Origin: an uncultured virus (IMG/VR IMGVR_UViG_3300030060_005186)
Lineage: Duplodnaviria; Heunggongvirae; Uroviricota; Caudoviricetes
Direction: 5' to 3' (one strand)
Length of the DNA: 64,000 bases
Virus record (IMG/VR): IMGVR_UViG_3300030060_005186
Below the pieces are notes generated by a model. The model was not told the origin of the DNA. It was given only the letters and a program-made list of their open reading frames with translations, and did no database searches. Position 1 is the first letter of the stretch; every line of letters starts with the position of its first letter. Below, one piece after another: positions 1 to 10,385 of the stretch. The translations under genes and the position numbers were made by a program.

Positions 1-845
1 ATTTTTATGAAGGCATCATTACCGCTACCCTCAAATCTCGCCGCCTCGTTGTTTCCACCTGCGACATGGAAGGGAACTGCGGGACTCGTAGTACCTATTC
101 CGACATTACCCGATGTGTCAATGACAGCATGGGTGTTGCTACCTTCGACAATGCGGAATTTATCACTATCTCCACCCCTTGCCTGTAATTTCCAATGAAC
201 CGCATCGTTTTTTATCTCAACCGCAGGGTTGCTGTTTGAACCTGCATCTTCGACAAGAAGTGCCGCATCGGTTCCCTTTACATGGAGAATATCATCGGGG
301 CTTGTAGTCCCTATTCCGACATTGCCTGTGGCTTGTTTTACTGTTATTCTATCTTCAGTACCGTTGTTAGTTGCTATTACAAAATCTTCTGTGTTGTAAG
401 AAGAGACAAGGTAGGCATCACCACTGGTATTCCCACCATCTATTATCAACGGTTTATTGAAATAAAATCTAGTCCGGTCTGTCTGGATGTGAGCGTAGCC
501 AGTATTCGCCGGGCCTAGGTCTATGTAACCTGAAGCGGTGGTTACTCTTACAGGCGAAGGGCTTTCTATTAGTATGTCATTACCACCGAGAGACTTCTTG
601 CCAATCGTCAAGTTCTGATTTGCAGCAGAGTAAATACTGCCAGCGAAGTCGAACACCATGTCTACTGTGTTGCTGCCGTCTCCGATATGGATGTCAGCAT
701 CCAAGTCCCCAATCAGCAGACCGACTGAGGATGTGAGGACTAGGTTGCCACTGCTGTCCAACTGGATTGTCCCATCGACATTGCCACCGCTGTCCTTGAA
801 CTCAATCTTTCTCGAGGCTGGGGTGATAAGGACGTCATCACTCAT
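1..845 (-). CDS. Tail fibre protein with GNVGIGTTSP repeats, 3'-truncated by the window edge (not in the ORF track)
   Basis: Translated by hand from the ATG at 845, which overlaps the stop of 842..3409 (ATGA). MSDDVLITPASRKIEFKDSGGNVDGTIQLD...GNVGIGTTSPDDILHVKG...GNVGIGTTSPAVPFHVAGG..., with no stop before the window end. Confidence 0.8.
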   Translation of the reverse strand, partial: MSDDVLITPASRKIEFKDSGGNVDGTIQLDSSGNLVLTSSVGLLIGDLDADIHIGDGSNTVDMVFDFAGSIYSAANQNLTIGKKSLGGNDILIESPSPVRVTTASGYIDLGPANTGYAHIQTDRTRFYFNKPLIIDGGNTSGDAYLVSSYNTEDFVIATNNGTEDRITVKQATGNVGIGTTSPDDILHVKGTDAALLVEDAGSNSNPAVEIKNDAVHWKLQARGGDSDKFRIVEGSNTHAVIDTSGNVGIGTTSPAVPFHVAGGNNEAARFEGSGNDAFIK

Positions 846-3409
846 TTCATACCACCGAACCTTCTAGTGACTTCTCCGTGAGTGGAACCCAATCGGACAC
901 CTTGATTGGTGGTGGCGCCGTGAGAGTTGCTTAGATGCATGTCCCGGTGAGAGTACGGCTTGTCTATCCTAATGTCGATGGGCTTCATGTAGAATCCCTC
1001 ATCATTGGTGTTGGACATGTCCGTATCACGAGCCATCACTCCGGCTTCTACCATCCTCATGAATGGTTGAGGGTCCACTACCAAATCAATATTCTCATAC
1101 GTGGTAGCGAAATTAGCGTCAGCGAACTGCTGCTGGGTAGAGCCTTGTGTCTGCATGCTTATCCACTCAGTAGTGGATGAACTACCGAAAGCGTCGCCGG
1201 AGTCAGCACCTGAGTAGCCACCGAGGATGTTATGCACCGTCTGGACATAGGCGTAGGGCTCCGTCCCACTCCAATTGGAAGTTCCTTTGCAAGTCACTCT
1301 GATTCGGGCCGTCGCGTTGGGAGGAATCAAGAACAACTCGTTGATGACTGCCTGCTCTCCATCATCATGGAAGGTCCTCTGACAGAAGTAGGCCTGTTCA
1401 TCAGCGTCCCACTCGGAGCGCATGTAGTAAGAGTAATTGATGACCTTGTCGTACTCGAAGTCAGCCTCCACGACTCTGAACATAGCAGTCCCGCTCGAGT
1501 ATCCCTGTCGTGATGCGTAAGAACTGCCGGATACCCTCACCTTGCCCAAGACATCCTCGATACCACGGAATCTGGAGTAGAAGCAGACGAACTTGCCTTC
1601 TCCCACCTCGCTCATGTACGGTCCTTGGTAGAGGGAGTCCTTGATGTCGATTGCCCACATGGAGCCAGAGTACCCAGTGTGTCGATTGACTCTGATAGGG
1701 TCTAGGTCTACACAATTCACCTTGATGTTATGCAAGCCTCTACCTGCATTGTAGACAGGCTCGTAGTAGATGGCCCGCCCGCCGATTCTATTGCCGTAGC
1801 AGTAGGCGACCTCATGGTTGTAGTGAGTGCCTTGGACACGCAGGAATCTACTGGAACTCCTAGCGCCGAAGCAATTGTAGAGTCTCTGACTGGGGTCCCA
1901 GTGTACGGTAAAGGCGTCCTGCCCATTCACTGATACACAACAGCGGAAGCATGAGTTCCTGAAGTCATAGCCCCACATCCCCGAGTAGTCACGACGACCG
2001 TTGTCGTTTATCATGACGGAGACTCCTTCCACCCAAGGTTCGTTCGACATGGTCTGTATCTTGGTGGTGTTGGCGAGTGTCACAGGTAGGTTGTCAGTGC
2101 TGCCATAGCCTCTCATGACGAACCCAGCACGAAAATTGCTGTTGGTGTTACCGACATTGTGAAACCACACGTCCTTCAGGACTATCTGCCTGTCGTAATT
2201 ACTAACGTGCTCGATGTAGTAGTGGCAGATGTTAGTGGAGGCATCGAGGTCAGTGCTTCCGGTCTTCTTGGCACCGACTATGATGTCCCTGTTCATCTTG
2301 ACAACTAGAGAGCCTATGCCGACAGTGTACCCTATCTGCCCTGTCAGTGTGATGGTGTCACCGGAGACGCTATCCACGATATGCCTGCACTCGACGGAGT
2401 TGTAATCACGATTCGAGGTAGTGCCGTCAGTGGTCTGGAGGGCACATTCTACCACTATCACGTCACCTGATACGAATCCCGTCGCATCTCCCACTGTCAC
2501 CGTAGTGGCAGACGTGCTGTTGATGGCTGTGGTGACGCTCGTAGCACACTTCCTGACTCTCGAGTTGTCACTGTGAGGCTTGTGCAACCCAGTGACGTAG
2601 ACTCTGGCGTTGGCGATGGAGGGGTCTGCATCCAATGCGTATGGGTTTTCGTTGGCTAGATTCTTCAGTTTGAGAGTGTGTCTGGTATAATCGATGCTGG
2701 AAATACGACAGACGTTACGGTTGTTTCCAGTGCCGAAGATGATGCTTTGGTTCACTCTGAAAACCTTTGAGTTACTGACTGTGATTTCACTTGGTATCGC
2801 AGTGGCATCGAAGGCAGTGATAGTCACATCGTCAGGTCCCACGAACCATCGGAAGTAGATGTTATCACCATCCACGTCATGGACCCAGACTCCTTCGTCC
2901 TCGTACCTACAGAACTCATACTCCCCAGTGGCTGTAGACGTGCAATCGTATATCGCTATCCAATCCCCGGCTACGAAGCGACTCCCAGTGCCTAAGTCGA
3001 CAGTGAGAACAGTGTCACCGATGTTATGCGCTGCAGACAATTGCGAAGTAGGGAGAGGGTCAGTGCCCTCTGCGATGTGAGCGGCGTTAGCCTCGTTCTC
3101 GAAGTGGATGCCGTGGTTCTCCCCGCTTGTACCACTGAAGTAAATCCTCGACCCCGATTTCTGGTGGAGGCAACCCCCGCCATCTATCAACAAAACCCCA
3201 TCTACATCCATCTCCACTTGGTGAATGAGTACCCCATTACTTGCTATGGTGATGTCACCGAACCCATCACCCACGTTCAACTTCGTACCGTAAGTCACAT
3301 TGTGCCTCACGCTCACTGTGTCACCAGCAGCAGCCGGGTAGCCTAGCCCGGCGGTCCAAGTACTGGCATTGGTCCAATCACCATCCTGAGCACTAGTCCA
3401 ACTTGTCAT
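842..3409 (-). CDS. Tail spike/adhesin-like protein (G8-like N-terminus, repeated beta modules, probable beta-helix)
   Basis: N-terminal SAQDGDWTNASTW..P..GDTV pattern. Repeated T-V-x-V..F..GD-x-I modules. Lies in the fibre cluster. Confidence 0.6.
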   Translation of the reverse strand: MTSWTSAQDGDWTNASTWTAGLGYPAAAGDTVSVRHNVTYGTKLNVGDGFGDITIASNGVLIHQVEMDVDGVLLIDGGGCLHQKSGSRIYFSGTSGENHGIHFENEANAAHIAEGTDPLPTSQLSAAHNIGDTVLTVDLGTGSRFVAGDWIAIYDCTSTATGEYEFCRYEDEGVWVHDVDGDNIYFRWFVGPDDVTITAFDATAIPSEITVSNSKVFRVNQSIIFGTGNNRNVCRISSIDYTRHTLKLKNLANENPYALDADPSIANARVYVTGLHKPHSDNSRVRKCATSVTTAINSTSATTVTVGDATGFVSGDVIVVECALQTTDGTTSNRDYNSVECRHIVDSVSGDTITLTGQIGYTVGIGSLVVKMNRDIIVGAKKTGSTDLDASTNICHYYIEHVSNYDRQIVLKDVWFHNVGNTNSNFRAGFVMRGYGSTDNLPVTLANTTKIQTMSNEPWVEGVSVMINDNGRRDYSGMWGYDFRNSCFRCCVSVNGQDAFTVHWDPSQRLYNCFGARSSSRFLRVQGTHYNHEVAYCYGNRIGGRAIYYEPVYNAGRGLHNIKVNCVDLDPIRVNRHTGYSGSMWAIDIKDSLYQGPYMSEVGEGKFVCFYSRFRGIEDVLGKVRVSGSSYASRQGYSSGTAMFRVVEADFEYDKVINYSYYMRSEWDADEQAYFCQRTFHDDGEQAVINELFLIPPNATARIRVTCKGTSNWSGTEPYAYVQTVHNILGGYSGADSGDAFGSSSTTEWISMQTQGSTQQQFADANFATTYENIDLVVDPQPFMRMVEAGVMARDTDMSNTNDEGFYMKPIDIRIDKPYSHRDMHLSNSHGATTNQGVRLGSTHGEVTRRFGGMK

Positions 3410-5378
3410 ATTCTACCTCCATCTTATCCACGTCCTTCCTCTCAGCCTGTATGAAGTAGTAGAAGTCAGGAGACTTGGTGATGAAACCACCTACCACCAC
3501 CTTCTCCCTATCCACGCTCTTGACATAGAGGTTCTGCGTCCGCCCCTTGGCTGTCAGTTGCACTGTTATCGTGTCCTCGTCCACCAATCCTAGCCAATAG
3601 TCTGGCAGTTCGATTGTCTCGCCTACCTGATGCCCTCGAATGTAGACTCCATGCTCTGGCCCCTCAAGCACTCCGTGATGGAGTCGCATGCCCTCCTTGG
3701 TCGGGTGCTCTATGTCGAATGACTTGGTGGTGGCCTTCAATGCACCATTGACGTGGAACAAAGCAGAAGGGGTGAAGGTCATGTCAGCAGTGGTGACACC
3801 CACCTTGACGTTGGCATGGCCACCGATATTGATGACTCGTCCTTGAGCGCTTTTGATTTGGAAGACAGTAGACCCATCATAGCCTACCAGACCGTACTCA
3901 TTGTTATCACTGCCTTGAAGGCGAACATACATATCATCAGTATCTGATGTGTCCTTGAGGTTTATCTTCGCATCAGGAGACTGTATGTCAAGATGGTAGC
4001 CCGGAGAGGCAGTCCCTAGGCCAATGTGGCCTGCTGTAGTCATCGCAAACCTAGTATTGACGTGGAGATATGCATTGGAATCGTCTTGGCTTATCTTGAA
4101 CTTGTCACTGTCGCTGTTGTCGACACCCATGGACCAGACAGAGCCACCAGAAAAGAAGAGAGCAGCGTCTCCACTGCCAGCATTGTCTATCTTCACCTGT
4201 GGGAAGTTGCTATCATTGTCTGTACGCACGACCAACGCGGTGTTCGGACTTGAAGTGCCTATTCCGACCCTACCATCGCCTCTTACAATCATCACATCTT
4301 CGTTATCGCTGAATCTGAATGTGAAGTTATCAGACGATGCAGTTCCGCCTTCGTGCTTGATGTAATGTCCACCTGCACCATTGAAGTGCAGATTGCTAGA
4401 AAGTTCAATCGAGCCTGTGACATCCAATGGGCTTGAAGGACTTGTATTGCCTATTCCGACCTTACCTCCCAATGGGTTAATCACTATATCTCTAGCAGTA
4501 TCGGTGTGTGTCCTCCCTTGAATGTATAGTGGGTAAGGAGATGCGTTGTGCAGACCGAATGCAAACTCCGATTGTTCGTTTGTGAATATCTGACCTGAAG
4601 ATGCACCATATGTTAATGAAACGGCAGAAGTGTTGGTTTTGTCAACGTGCAATGTTGCAGATGGAGTCGGTACTGCTTGGTCACCACCTATACCTAAAGC
4701 ACCCGAAGATGTAAGTGCCATTCTAACTGCACTATTCCCATACCAACGAAGGTCATCAGAACTGTTGGCAGAATACATGACCCAAGGCCCGCTTGAATCG
4801 GATGCCAACTCTATTGCCGCTTCGTTGTCTGTGGATTCGACCTTTATTTTCTGCGCCCCTGAACCGCTTACATGAAGTGCGTGTGATGGACTCGTAGTGC
4901 CTATTCCCATTTTAGCATCATACGAGCCTTGTGAACCTCCGAAGAAGAAATCACCATTACCAATATCTACATCTGCTTCCCCATTGTATGATAGATACAG
5001 TTTCGATGTAGCGTCTTCTTCGTAATGGAATGCTAAGTCATTACCTACCACTAACCTCATTCCATCGGTTTGCATTAAGATGTAGGTATTGCTATCTCCA
5101 TTGTGGTAAATGTAATCATCAACACCAATGCTACCTGCTACATCTAACTTATAATCAGGACTCGTAGTGCCTATCCCGATTTGACCACCTCCATCTATAT
5201 AGAAACGGTCGCTGTTGTCCAAGGTAATCTTGTACGTATCATCACCTAGGGTGATTTGATTGTAGGTAGTATCATCGAAATCCCTGCGCAACACAAGGTT
5301 TGCATTATCGCCTGAAGAGATGGTGCCGTCACCGACAATCAAGTTCTTCTTTACCCTGAAATCACTTTGCGTACCCAT
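3393..5378 (-). CDS. Tail fibre protein with G-x-[VI]-GIGT-x-SP repeats and a conserved C-terminal domain
   Basis: About six GxVGIGTxSP-type repeats. The C-terminus KSFDIEHP..LHHGVLEGPEHGVYIRG..IELPDYWLGLV..TVQLT is typical of marine virus fibres. Confidence 0.8.
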   Translation of the reverse strand: MGTQSDFRVKKNLIVGDGTISSGDNANLVLRRDFDDTTYNQITLGDDTYKITLDNSDRFYIDGGGQIGIGTTSPDYKLDVAGSIGVDDYIYHNGDSNTYILMQTDGMRLVVGNDLAFHYEEDATSKLYLSYNGEADVDIGNGDFFFGGSQGSYDAKMGIGTTSPSHALHVSGSGAQKIKVESTDNEAAIELASDSSGPWVMYSANSSDDLRWYGNSAVRMALTSSGALGIGGDQAVPTPSATLHVDKTNTSAVSLTYGASSGQIFTNEQSEFAFGLHNASPYPLYIQGRTHTDTARDIVINPLGGKVGIGNTSPSSPLDVTGSIELSSNLHFNGAGGHYIKHEGGTASSDNFTFRFSDNEDVMIVRGDGRVGIGTSSPNTALVVRTDNDSNFPQVKIDNAGSGDAALFFSGGSVWSMGVDNSDSDKFKISQDDSNAYLHVNTRFAMTTAGHIGLGTASPGYHLDIQSPDAKINLKDTSDTDDMYVRLQGSDNNEYGLVGYDGSTVFQIKSAQGRVINIGGHANVKVGVTTADMTFTPSALFHVNGALKATTKSFDIEHPTKEGMRLHHGVLEGPEHGVYIRGHQVGETIELPDYWLGLVDEDTITVQLTAKGRTQNLYVKSVDREKVVVGGFITKSPDFYYFIQAERKDVDKMEVEYDKLD

Positions 5379-5413
5379 AAATTACCACCATGACTTCACT
5401 GTCCACCATAGTA

Positions 5414-8011
5414 TCAATACTCCTCCAAGAGAGTGGCGAATACCTTAATCTTGTATGTATCAGTAGCCGCGGGGGTAAAATTGACATCGACTACCGTGTC
5501 ACCGCTCCCCGCAGAGTCAGCGACATCAAAGGTACCGAGAGCGGCTGCCCCAGTGAACACAGACGCGTACTCAACAGCGAATACTTTGGCATCAGCGTCA
5601 CCTTCAGGTCCTTCAGCACCCTCGTAAGTGACTAGCATCTCCACAGCATGGGCCTCCGTCTCGGTCTCATCATTGGTTACTTGTATCAGTAACTTCGCAG
5701 TCCTGACAGCGGCACCATCGTAAGTATAGATGGTAGTGACGCTACCACTGTTCGTTATGGTAGTCTGCCTAGTATCCATTCGTGCAGCCCATGTTTGCCC
5801 GCCAGTCCCATTGGCGATGTAAGGCTCCACTAGCGTCTTATTCGATAGAGTCTGCACCTCTGTGGTACCCACCACGGTGCCGGGTAGGGTCTTTCCTAGG
5901 ACTTGGTTGTTGGTAAGGACATCAGTACCTGCAATCTTGTAGGACTCGCTGGTTGTAGCCAAATCTATGTCTACGTTTGATTGAAGTGCTGTCCTACCGT
6001 GTACGTACTTCCAGTGGATGTTATCGGTGCTTCCGTTCGTACACTCAATTTCCATCCCGCTACCATCTGCGTTTGTCAGAGTGTCGTTGCCCTTCGAGAC
6101 GGTAATCAGGTCGTCTTCCACTGTTATTTGAGTGGTAGATATGGTGGTGGTCCCGCCATTGACCACTAGGTCTCCTGCTATGGTAGTAACGGAGTTCGCA
6201 CCTGAACCAATGGTGATGTCTATCTCGTCCTCGGCATCGCCATCTGTCAGGACTATCCCCGACTGCATCTCCCCATCATGGGATGCGACTTGCAAGGACA
6301 ACTTGCCACCTTCAGCCCCATCTGACGCATCCACTATTTCTGCATCGATTCGTGCGTACTCGATAGCCTCTGGTGTGCCTGCATCATTGTAACTGTAGAA
6401 CATGATAGCACCGATGTCATCACCATCCTGCCCAGCAGTACCGTTGTTGTTCCTGTTCTTCAAGAACTTCAGAGAAGAACTGCTAGCGTTGTTGTTACCG
6501 TCATTGATAGTCAGGATATTACCAGTGAAAAACAAGTTAGCCTCTGCATCCAACTCGGTGGGAGTGTTGCCCACTGTCACTAACTCATTCTCAGTGGCAT
6601 TGTTCAGTGATGTTATTGTACCACTGCTTTGCGCTACCCAAGACATTACACCACCAGTGGTTGATGACAAAATGTACCCAGAAGAAGCGGGAGCGGCTGC
6701 AGGCAACTGGTAGGTAACACTAGCAGATGCTGAGGCGTGACCCCTTAATTTGGTGACTTGACTGTTACTGGTGAAACCTAGAGTGGCCTCCGCCTTCTGG
6801 AGAGTGAGGTTACCAGCACTCTCGAGTTTCAAGAGAGCGTTTGCTTCCTCCAAGGGATTGTTGGCACTATTCACCACGCTGTCGAAGGGGCTAGCATAGT
6901 ACCCGACAGTGAGATGATTGGAACTGGCTGAACCACCACGGTTCCCTACCCTACCTATGGCAAAGGAATTACCACTACTACTGCGACCCTGTGTGAATAC
7001 TACACCTTGCCCTACATGGATGTTCTCTGCTTGGTCGAGAAGTAATGCATTACCCATCCCGTTGTAAGTCGTACCTGCAACATCATCGTTGCCTATGTCA
7101 GTATGAAGGCGAGCCTCGACGTAATTGTACGCGCTGGCAGCATCTGACCCGCTCAACGCAGGGCCATTGACTTGAAGTCGGGTGTTTGTCTCTATAGCAG
7201 AGCCACCAACCCGCCCCGTGCCGCTAATAAGACCAGTACTAGAGGCACTGATGGTGGTGAACGAGCCTGCAGCAGGTGTGTTCCCACCCACTATGCCGTC
7301 TATCGGCCCTGCGAAAGCGGTGGATGTTATTGATGTAGCACCAGAGACTGTGCCTAGATTGGCTATAGTGGTGCCTGAGAAGGTGCTGTTCTTACCAAAG
7401 ACAATCTGCTCGCTGCCATTAGTCGTTGTGAACTTCATGTAGGAGTTAGTATCCTCGAGAATATTCAGCGCATCTGCTAGGTTGTCCTTCAGTTTTATCG
7501 TACCTTTGGTTGTATTGACGTTGCTGAAGTCCAGAGACAGACCTACAGCAGAGTCGTCCACTCCTATTCTATCTACGGAGAGTATGCCGACATTGGTGAT
7601 GTTGTTATCACCCATGCTCAGGTTGCCAGCGAGGGCTGTGATGGTAGTGGTACCAATGGTACCACCTGATACCTTATCGCCACTGATTTGGTCGTTGGCT
7701 AGGGTAAGGGTACCAGCAGAGACATCGAGATTTCCTATCGTCACCGTGCCATCAGCAGCGATGCTCATTCTGGACGCTGGTGTCCCTGCGCCAGAGCCGC
7801 TAGTTCCTGCGGGCGCTGTCTTGAAGTCGAGTATGCCCCCAGCACCTGTGCCATTGCCTGCACCGGCGCTTATCGTGAGACTCTTCCCGTCAGCATCTGT
7901 GCCAACTACGGTGTCCACGGAGATAGTAGCATTCACAGAACCATTCAGGTGAATGTCACTACCACCGACAATCAGCCCTTCTGCTACTTTGAAATCGCTC
8001 AATGTACCCAT
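5414..8011 (-). CDS. Tail fibre / virion structural protein
   Basis: G/S/T/A-rich fibre-like modules (TTTISTTQITVEDDLITV, YQLPAAAP..GYILSSTTGGVMSW). N-terminus MGTLSDFKV resembles that of 3393..5378. GAGGTGA RBS at 8016-8022. Confidence 0.7.
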   Translation of the reverse strand: MGTLSDFKVAEGLIVGGSDIHLNGSVNATISVDTVVGTDADGKSLTISAGAGNGTGAGGILDFKTAPAGTSGSGAGTPASRMSIAADGTVTIGNLDVSAGTLTLANDQISGDKVSGGTIGTTTITALAGNLSMGDNNITNVGILSVDRIGVDDSAVGLSLDFSNVNTTKGTIKLKDNLADALNILEDTNSYMKFTTTNGSEQIVFGKNSTFSGTTIANLGTVSGATSITSTAFAGPIDGIVGGNTPAAGSFTTISASSTGLISGTGRVGGSAIETNTRLQVNGPALSGSDAASAYNYVEARLHTDIGNDDVAGTTYNGMGNALLLDQAENIHVGQGVVFTQGRSSSGNSFAIGRVGNRGGSASSNHLTVGYYASPFDSVVNSANNPLEEANALLKLESAGNLTLQKAEATLGFTSNSQVTKLRGHASASASVTYQLPAAAPASSGYILSSTTGGVMSWVAQSSGTITSLNNATENELVTVGNTPTELDAEANLFFTGNILTINDGNNNASSSSLKFLKNRNNNGTAGQDGDDIGAIMFYSYNDAGTPEAIEYARIDAEIVDASDGAEGGKLSLQVASHDGEMQSGIVLTDGDAEDEIDITIGSGANSVTTIAGDLVVNGGTTTISTTQITVEDDLITVSKGNDTLTNADGSGMEIECTNGSTDNIHWKYVHGRTALQSNVDIDLATTSESYKIAGTDVLTNNQVLGKTLPGTVVGTTEVQTLSNKTLVEPYIANGTGGQTWAARMDTRQTTITNSGSVTTIYTYDGAAVRTAKLLIQVTNDETETEAHAVEMLVTYEGAEGPEGDADAKVFAVEYASVFTGAAALGTFDVADSAGSGDTVVDVNFTPAATDTYKIKVFATLLEEY

Positions 8012-8020
8012 CTAATCACC

Positions 8021-10195
8021 TCATATCGCTATGGCTCTCCAGTAAGCCTTGATATGTACCTTGTCCCCATTGGAATCTGACGTCGCTGTCAATTCTAAAC
8101 GTGCCTTGTTGGTGTTCACTTTGCAAGCGTAGTTCGCCTGTGCTGTCCCTGTGTTGCCAGTGGTTGAGTCTGACTGAGTGACACTGTACACGCTGAGAGG
8201 TATCTCTGTCGCATTGACTGGGACGCTCTTCGCTGTCAAAGCAACTCCAGTGGCAGTAGTGGTCGCTGCGTTGCTTATTGTGAGTGCCCCACTACCCACA
8301 TTCGTGATGGTCGTATTGTTGGGAATCCCGGTACCTGTGATTGACATGCCTTGGGTCAAGTCATCCATGGGGGTGACAGTAGCCAAGGCGTTACTGCTTT
8401 GTGTATTGCCAGTGAAAGTAGCCACCGTGAAAGGAGTCGTTATTAATATCTTAGCAACCTCGTACTTCTTGTCAGTCACATTGGCTATCTCCACGGTGAC
8501 TTCAGCAGCACGGAACTTCAAGAGGTCATAGAGGTCTAGGGTAGTAGCAGAGGATGTGCTGAATGAGGAAGCGGTAGTAGAATTGTATTCGTAAGCCACC
8601 GACTTCATCTGCATCGTGGTCTCCGGTGTGGATTGTTGCACACCTAAACGGTCGGTGTCAGAATCCACGAAGAGCATGTGAGTCTGGTTATCCGACTCAG
8701 CCCTGAAATCCACACTAGCGTCAGAATCATCATTGATGACTATCTCTGTGTCCTTGATGGTCAACTGGTCATCATTGGATGAGGTCTGGTCGTCAATCCC
8801 AGCAAGGGCTGCAAGTGGAGTGTAGAACTCCAGACCATTTGCACCAGAATTAACTCTAACCCCCTTACCTGCCTGCCCACTGAAAGAACTGGGGTCCACG
8901 TCATCTAAGGCTAAGAAACTCGTCACTCCACCTGTAGAATAGGGTAAAGCGAGCCAAGCACTGCCATCATACACGAACTTTCTTCTCGTCCCAGACGGGC
9001 TTGTGCCTATCACAGAGTTATTCAGACCAGTGGGGTCGAATATGACCTTCCCGTCACCAGTGTTCGTCACGAACACCTCAATGGTGTGACCCTCTGGGAA
9101 GAGGTAGTTACTACCACTCTTCTCAGGTGAGAGGGTTACTTCCTGACCAGCATTGACATTAAATATGAATGACTGGTCTCCGTATGAAGTGATGGTGTAT
9201 GAAGCATCATTCAAAGCACTGCTAGGTGCAGACACCCCCTTGCTGAACAGCCTTTTGCTGACTAGGTTCAACTCGCTATTCTCCTGACCAGCGAAGAACA
9301 ACTCATCCTTCATGGTCCTACCACCTCTGTCTTCACCATCGCCCGGACCGAAGCCGAGACTGGAACCGCTCTTGCTAGTGGACATCCATAGAACACCTGC
9401 ATCAATGAGAGTTGAACTGCTATTGGCATTGGTCCCCACGTCACCACTCTCGGGTGCAGCAAACAAGGCCCTGAGTTCGGCTGCTGTCTGGACCCCTGTA
9501 TTGCCAACACGCACTGCTTGACTGCTCGTGCTACCACTGTCTGCTCCCAGAGCACCGCTAGTGATAGGGAACATGTAGAGCGGGTTGCTCCTCAGATACG
9601 TCCTCTTGTCGTTAATCTCTATGACATTGACCTTGTGAGAGCCACCACCGCTGTTGTATTCACAGCGTACGGTGGCTAGCACAACGACATTCTGGTTCTT
9701 CCTAGTGGTTCCAGTGTCATAATTACTGAGGTACTGGCTGGGCAGTGAAGGGTAGAGCCCTGTGCTAGTCTTGACGGGGGTACCTCCATCAGCATAGACC
9801 CTGCCAGAGCCACCCTGTGATGCCACGTAGACCACGTACATGGACTGCTCACCTGACGCTGCCAAGGCCGTGCCGGAACCATGGGTTCCAATAGTGACAG
9901 TGGAAGTCCCACCCGGCCCTCCTCCAAATTCATAGAGTTGTCCTTCCAGAGTGACATAACCACCTGTGATAGTGAGGGTATTCGCGGAGGCTTTGGCAAC
10001 GTAGCCGGGATTGTTAGCGACATCATTCCTAGAAGCCGCTGCCATGACCGTGTCTTGCATGCGGAGTATGCCGTTTCCTTTCAGTCCCTGAAGCATGTTA
10101 GTCAGTGTGGGTGAGGAGAGAGAGTCCCCGTCTCTCAACCCGTCATTGCCTAGGGTGTGACCAGCAGCAGTATGTCCACTCAATGCGTCTACCAT
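8021..10195 (-). CDS. Tail fibre / virion structural protein
   Basis: Fibre motifs FLALDDVDPSSFSGQAGKGVRVNSGANGLEF and DFRAESDNQTHMLFVDSDTDRLGV. C-terminal domain resembles that of 5414..8011. Confidence 0.7.
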   Translation of the reverse strand: MVDALSGHTAAGHTLGNDGLRDGDSLSSPTLTNMLQGLKGNGILRMQDTVMAAASRNDVANNPGYVAKASANTLTITGGYVTLEGQLYEFGGGPGGTSTVTIGTHGSGTALAASGEQSMYVVYVASQGGSGRVYADGGTPVKTSTGLYPSLPSQYLSNYDTGTTRKNQNVVVLATVRCEYNSGGGSHKVNVIEINDKRTYLRSNPLYMFPITSGALGADSGSTSSQAVRVGNTGVQTAAELRALFAAPESGDVGTNANSSSTLIDAGVLWMSTSKSGSSLGFGPGDGEDRGGRTMKDELFFAGQENSELNLVSKRLFSKGVSAPSSALNDASYTITSYGDQSFIFNVNAGQEVTLSPEKSGSNYLFPEGHTIEVFVTNTGDGKVIFDPTGLNNSVIGTSPSGTRRKFVYDGSAWLALPYSTGGVTSFLALDDVDPSSFSGQAGKGVRVNSGANGLEFYTPLAALAGIDDQTSSNDDQLTIKDTEIVINDDSDASVDFRAESDNQTHMLFVDSDTDRLGVQQSTPETTMQMKSVAYEYNSTTASSFSTSSATTLDLYDLLKFRAAEVTVEIANVTDKKYEVAKILITTPFTVATFTGNTQSSNALATVTPMDDLTQGMSITGTGIPNNTTITNVGSGALTISNAATTTATGVALTAKSVPVNATEIPLSVYSVTQSDSTTGNTGTAQANYACKVNTNKARLELTATSDSNGDKVHIKAYWRAIAI

Positions 10196-10196
10196 G

Positions 10197-10385
10197 TTAT
10201 CTATTCCTTGTTACCCTAGTCAGCCCTATCTGTCTACGCATACTGGGCCTTCGTACCCCTATCTTAGCGTGCCGACTGTACTGCTTCTGCTTCTTCCTTT
10301 TGAGGTTCTTGTTGGCCAGCCTCTTGACACGAGCAGCCGCTAATCTAGCGGGGCGTTGTGATATGTAGGAACGCCTCGCCATCAT
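10197..10385 (-). CDS. Small, highly basic hypothetical protein
   Basis: 62 aa, R/K-rich. Fills the gap exactly, with a 4-nt overlap upstream and a 1-nt gap downstream. Confidence 0.55.
   Translation of the reverse strand: MMARRSYISQRPARLAAARVKRLANKNLKRKKQKQYSRHAKIGVRRPSMRRQIGLTRVTRNR

Noticed and set aside
82..5180. Fibre repeats read as a CRISPR array or DGR template/variable repeats
   Set aside because: Spacing is irregular, the repeats are degenerate and in-frame coding, there is no adenine-specific mismatch pattern, and no reverse transcriptase or cas gene is present.
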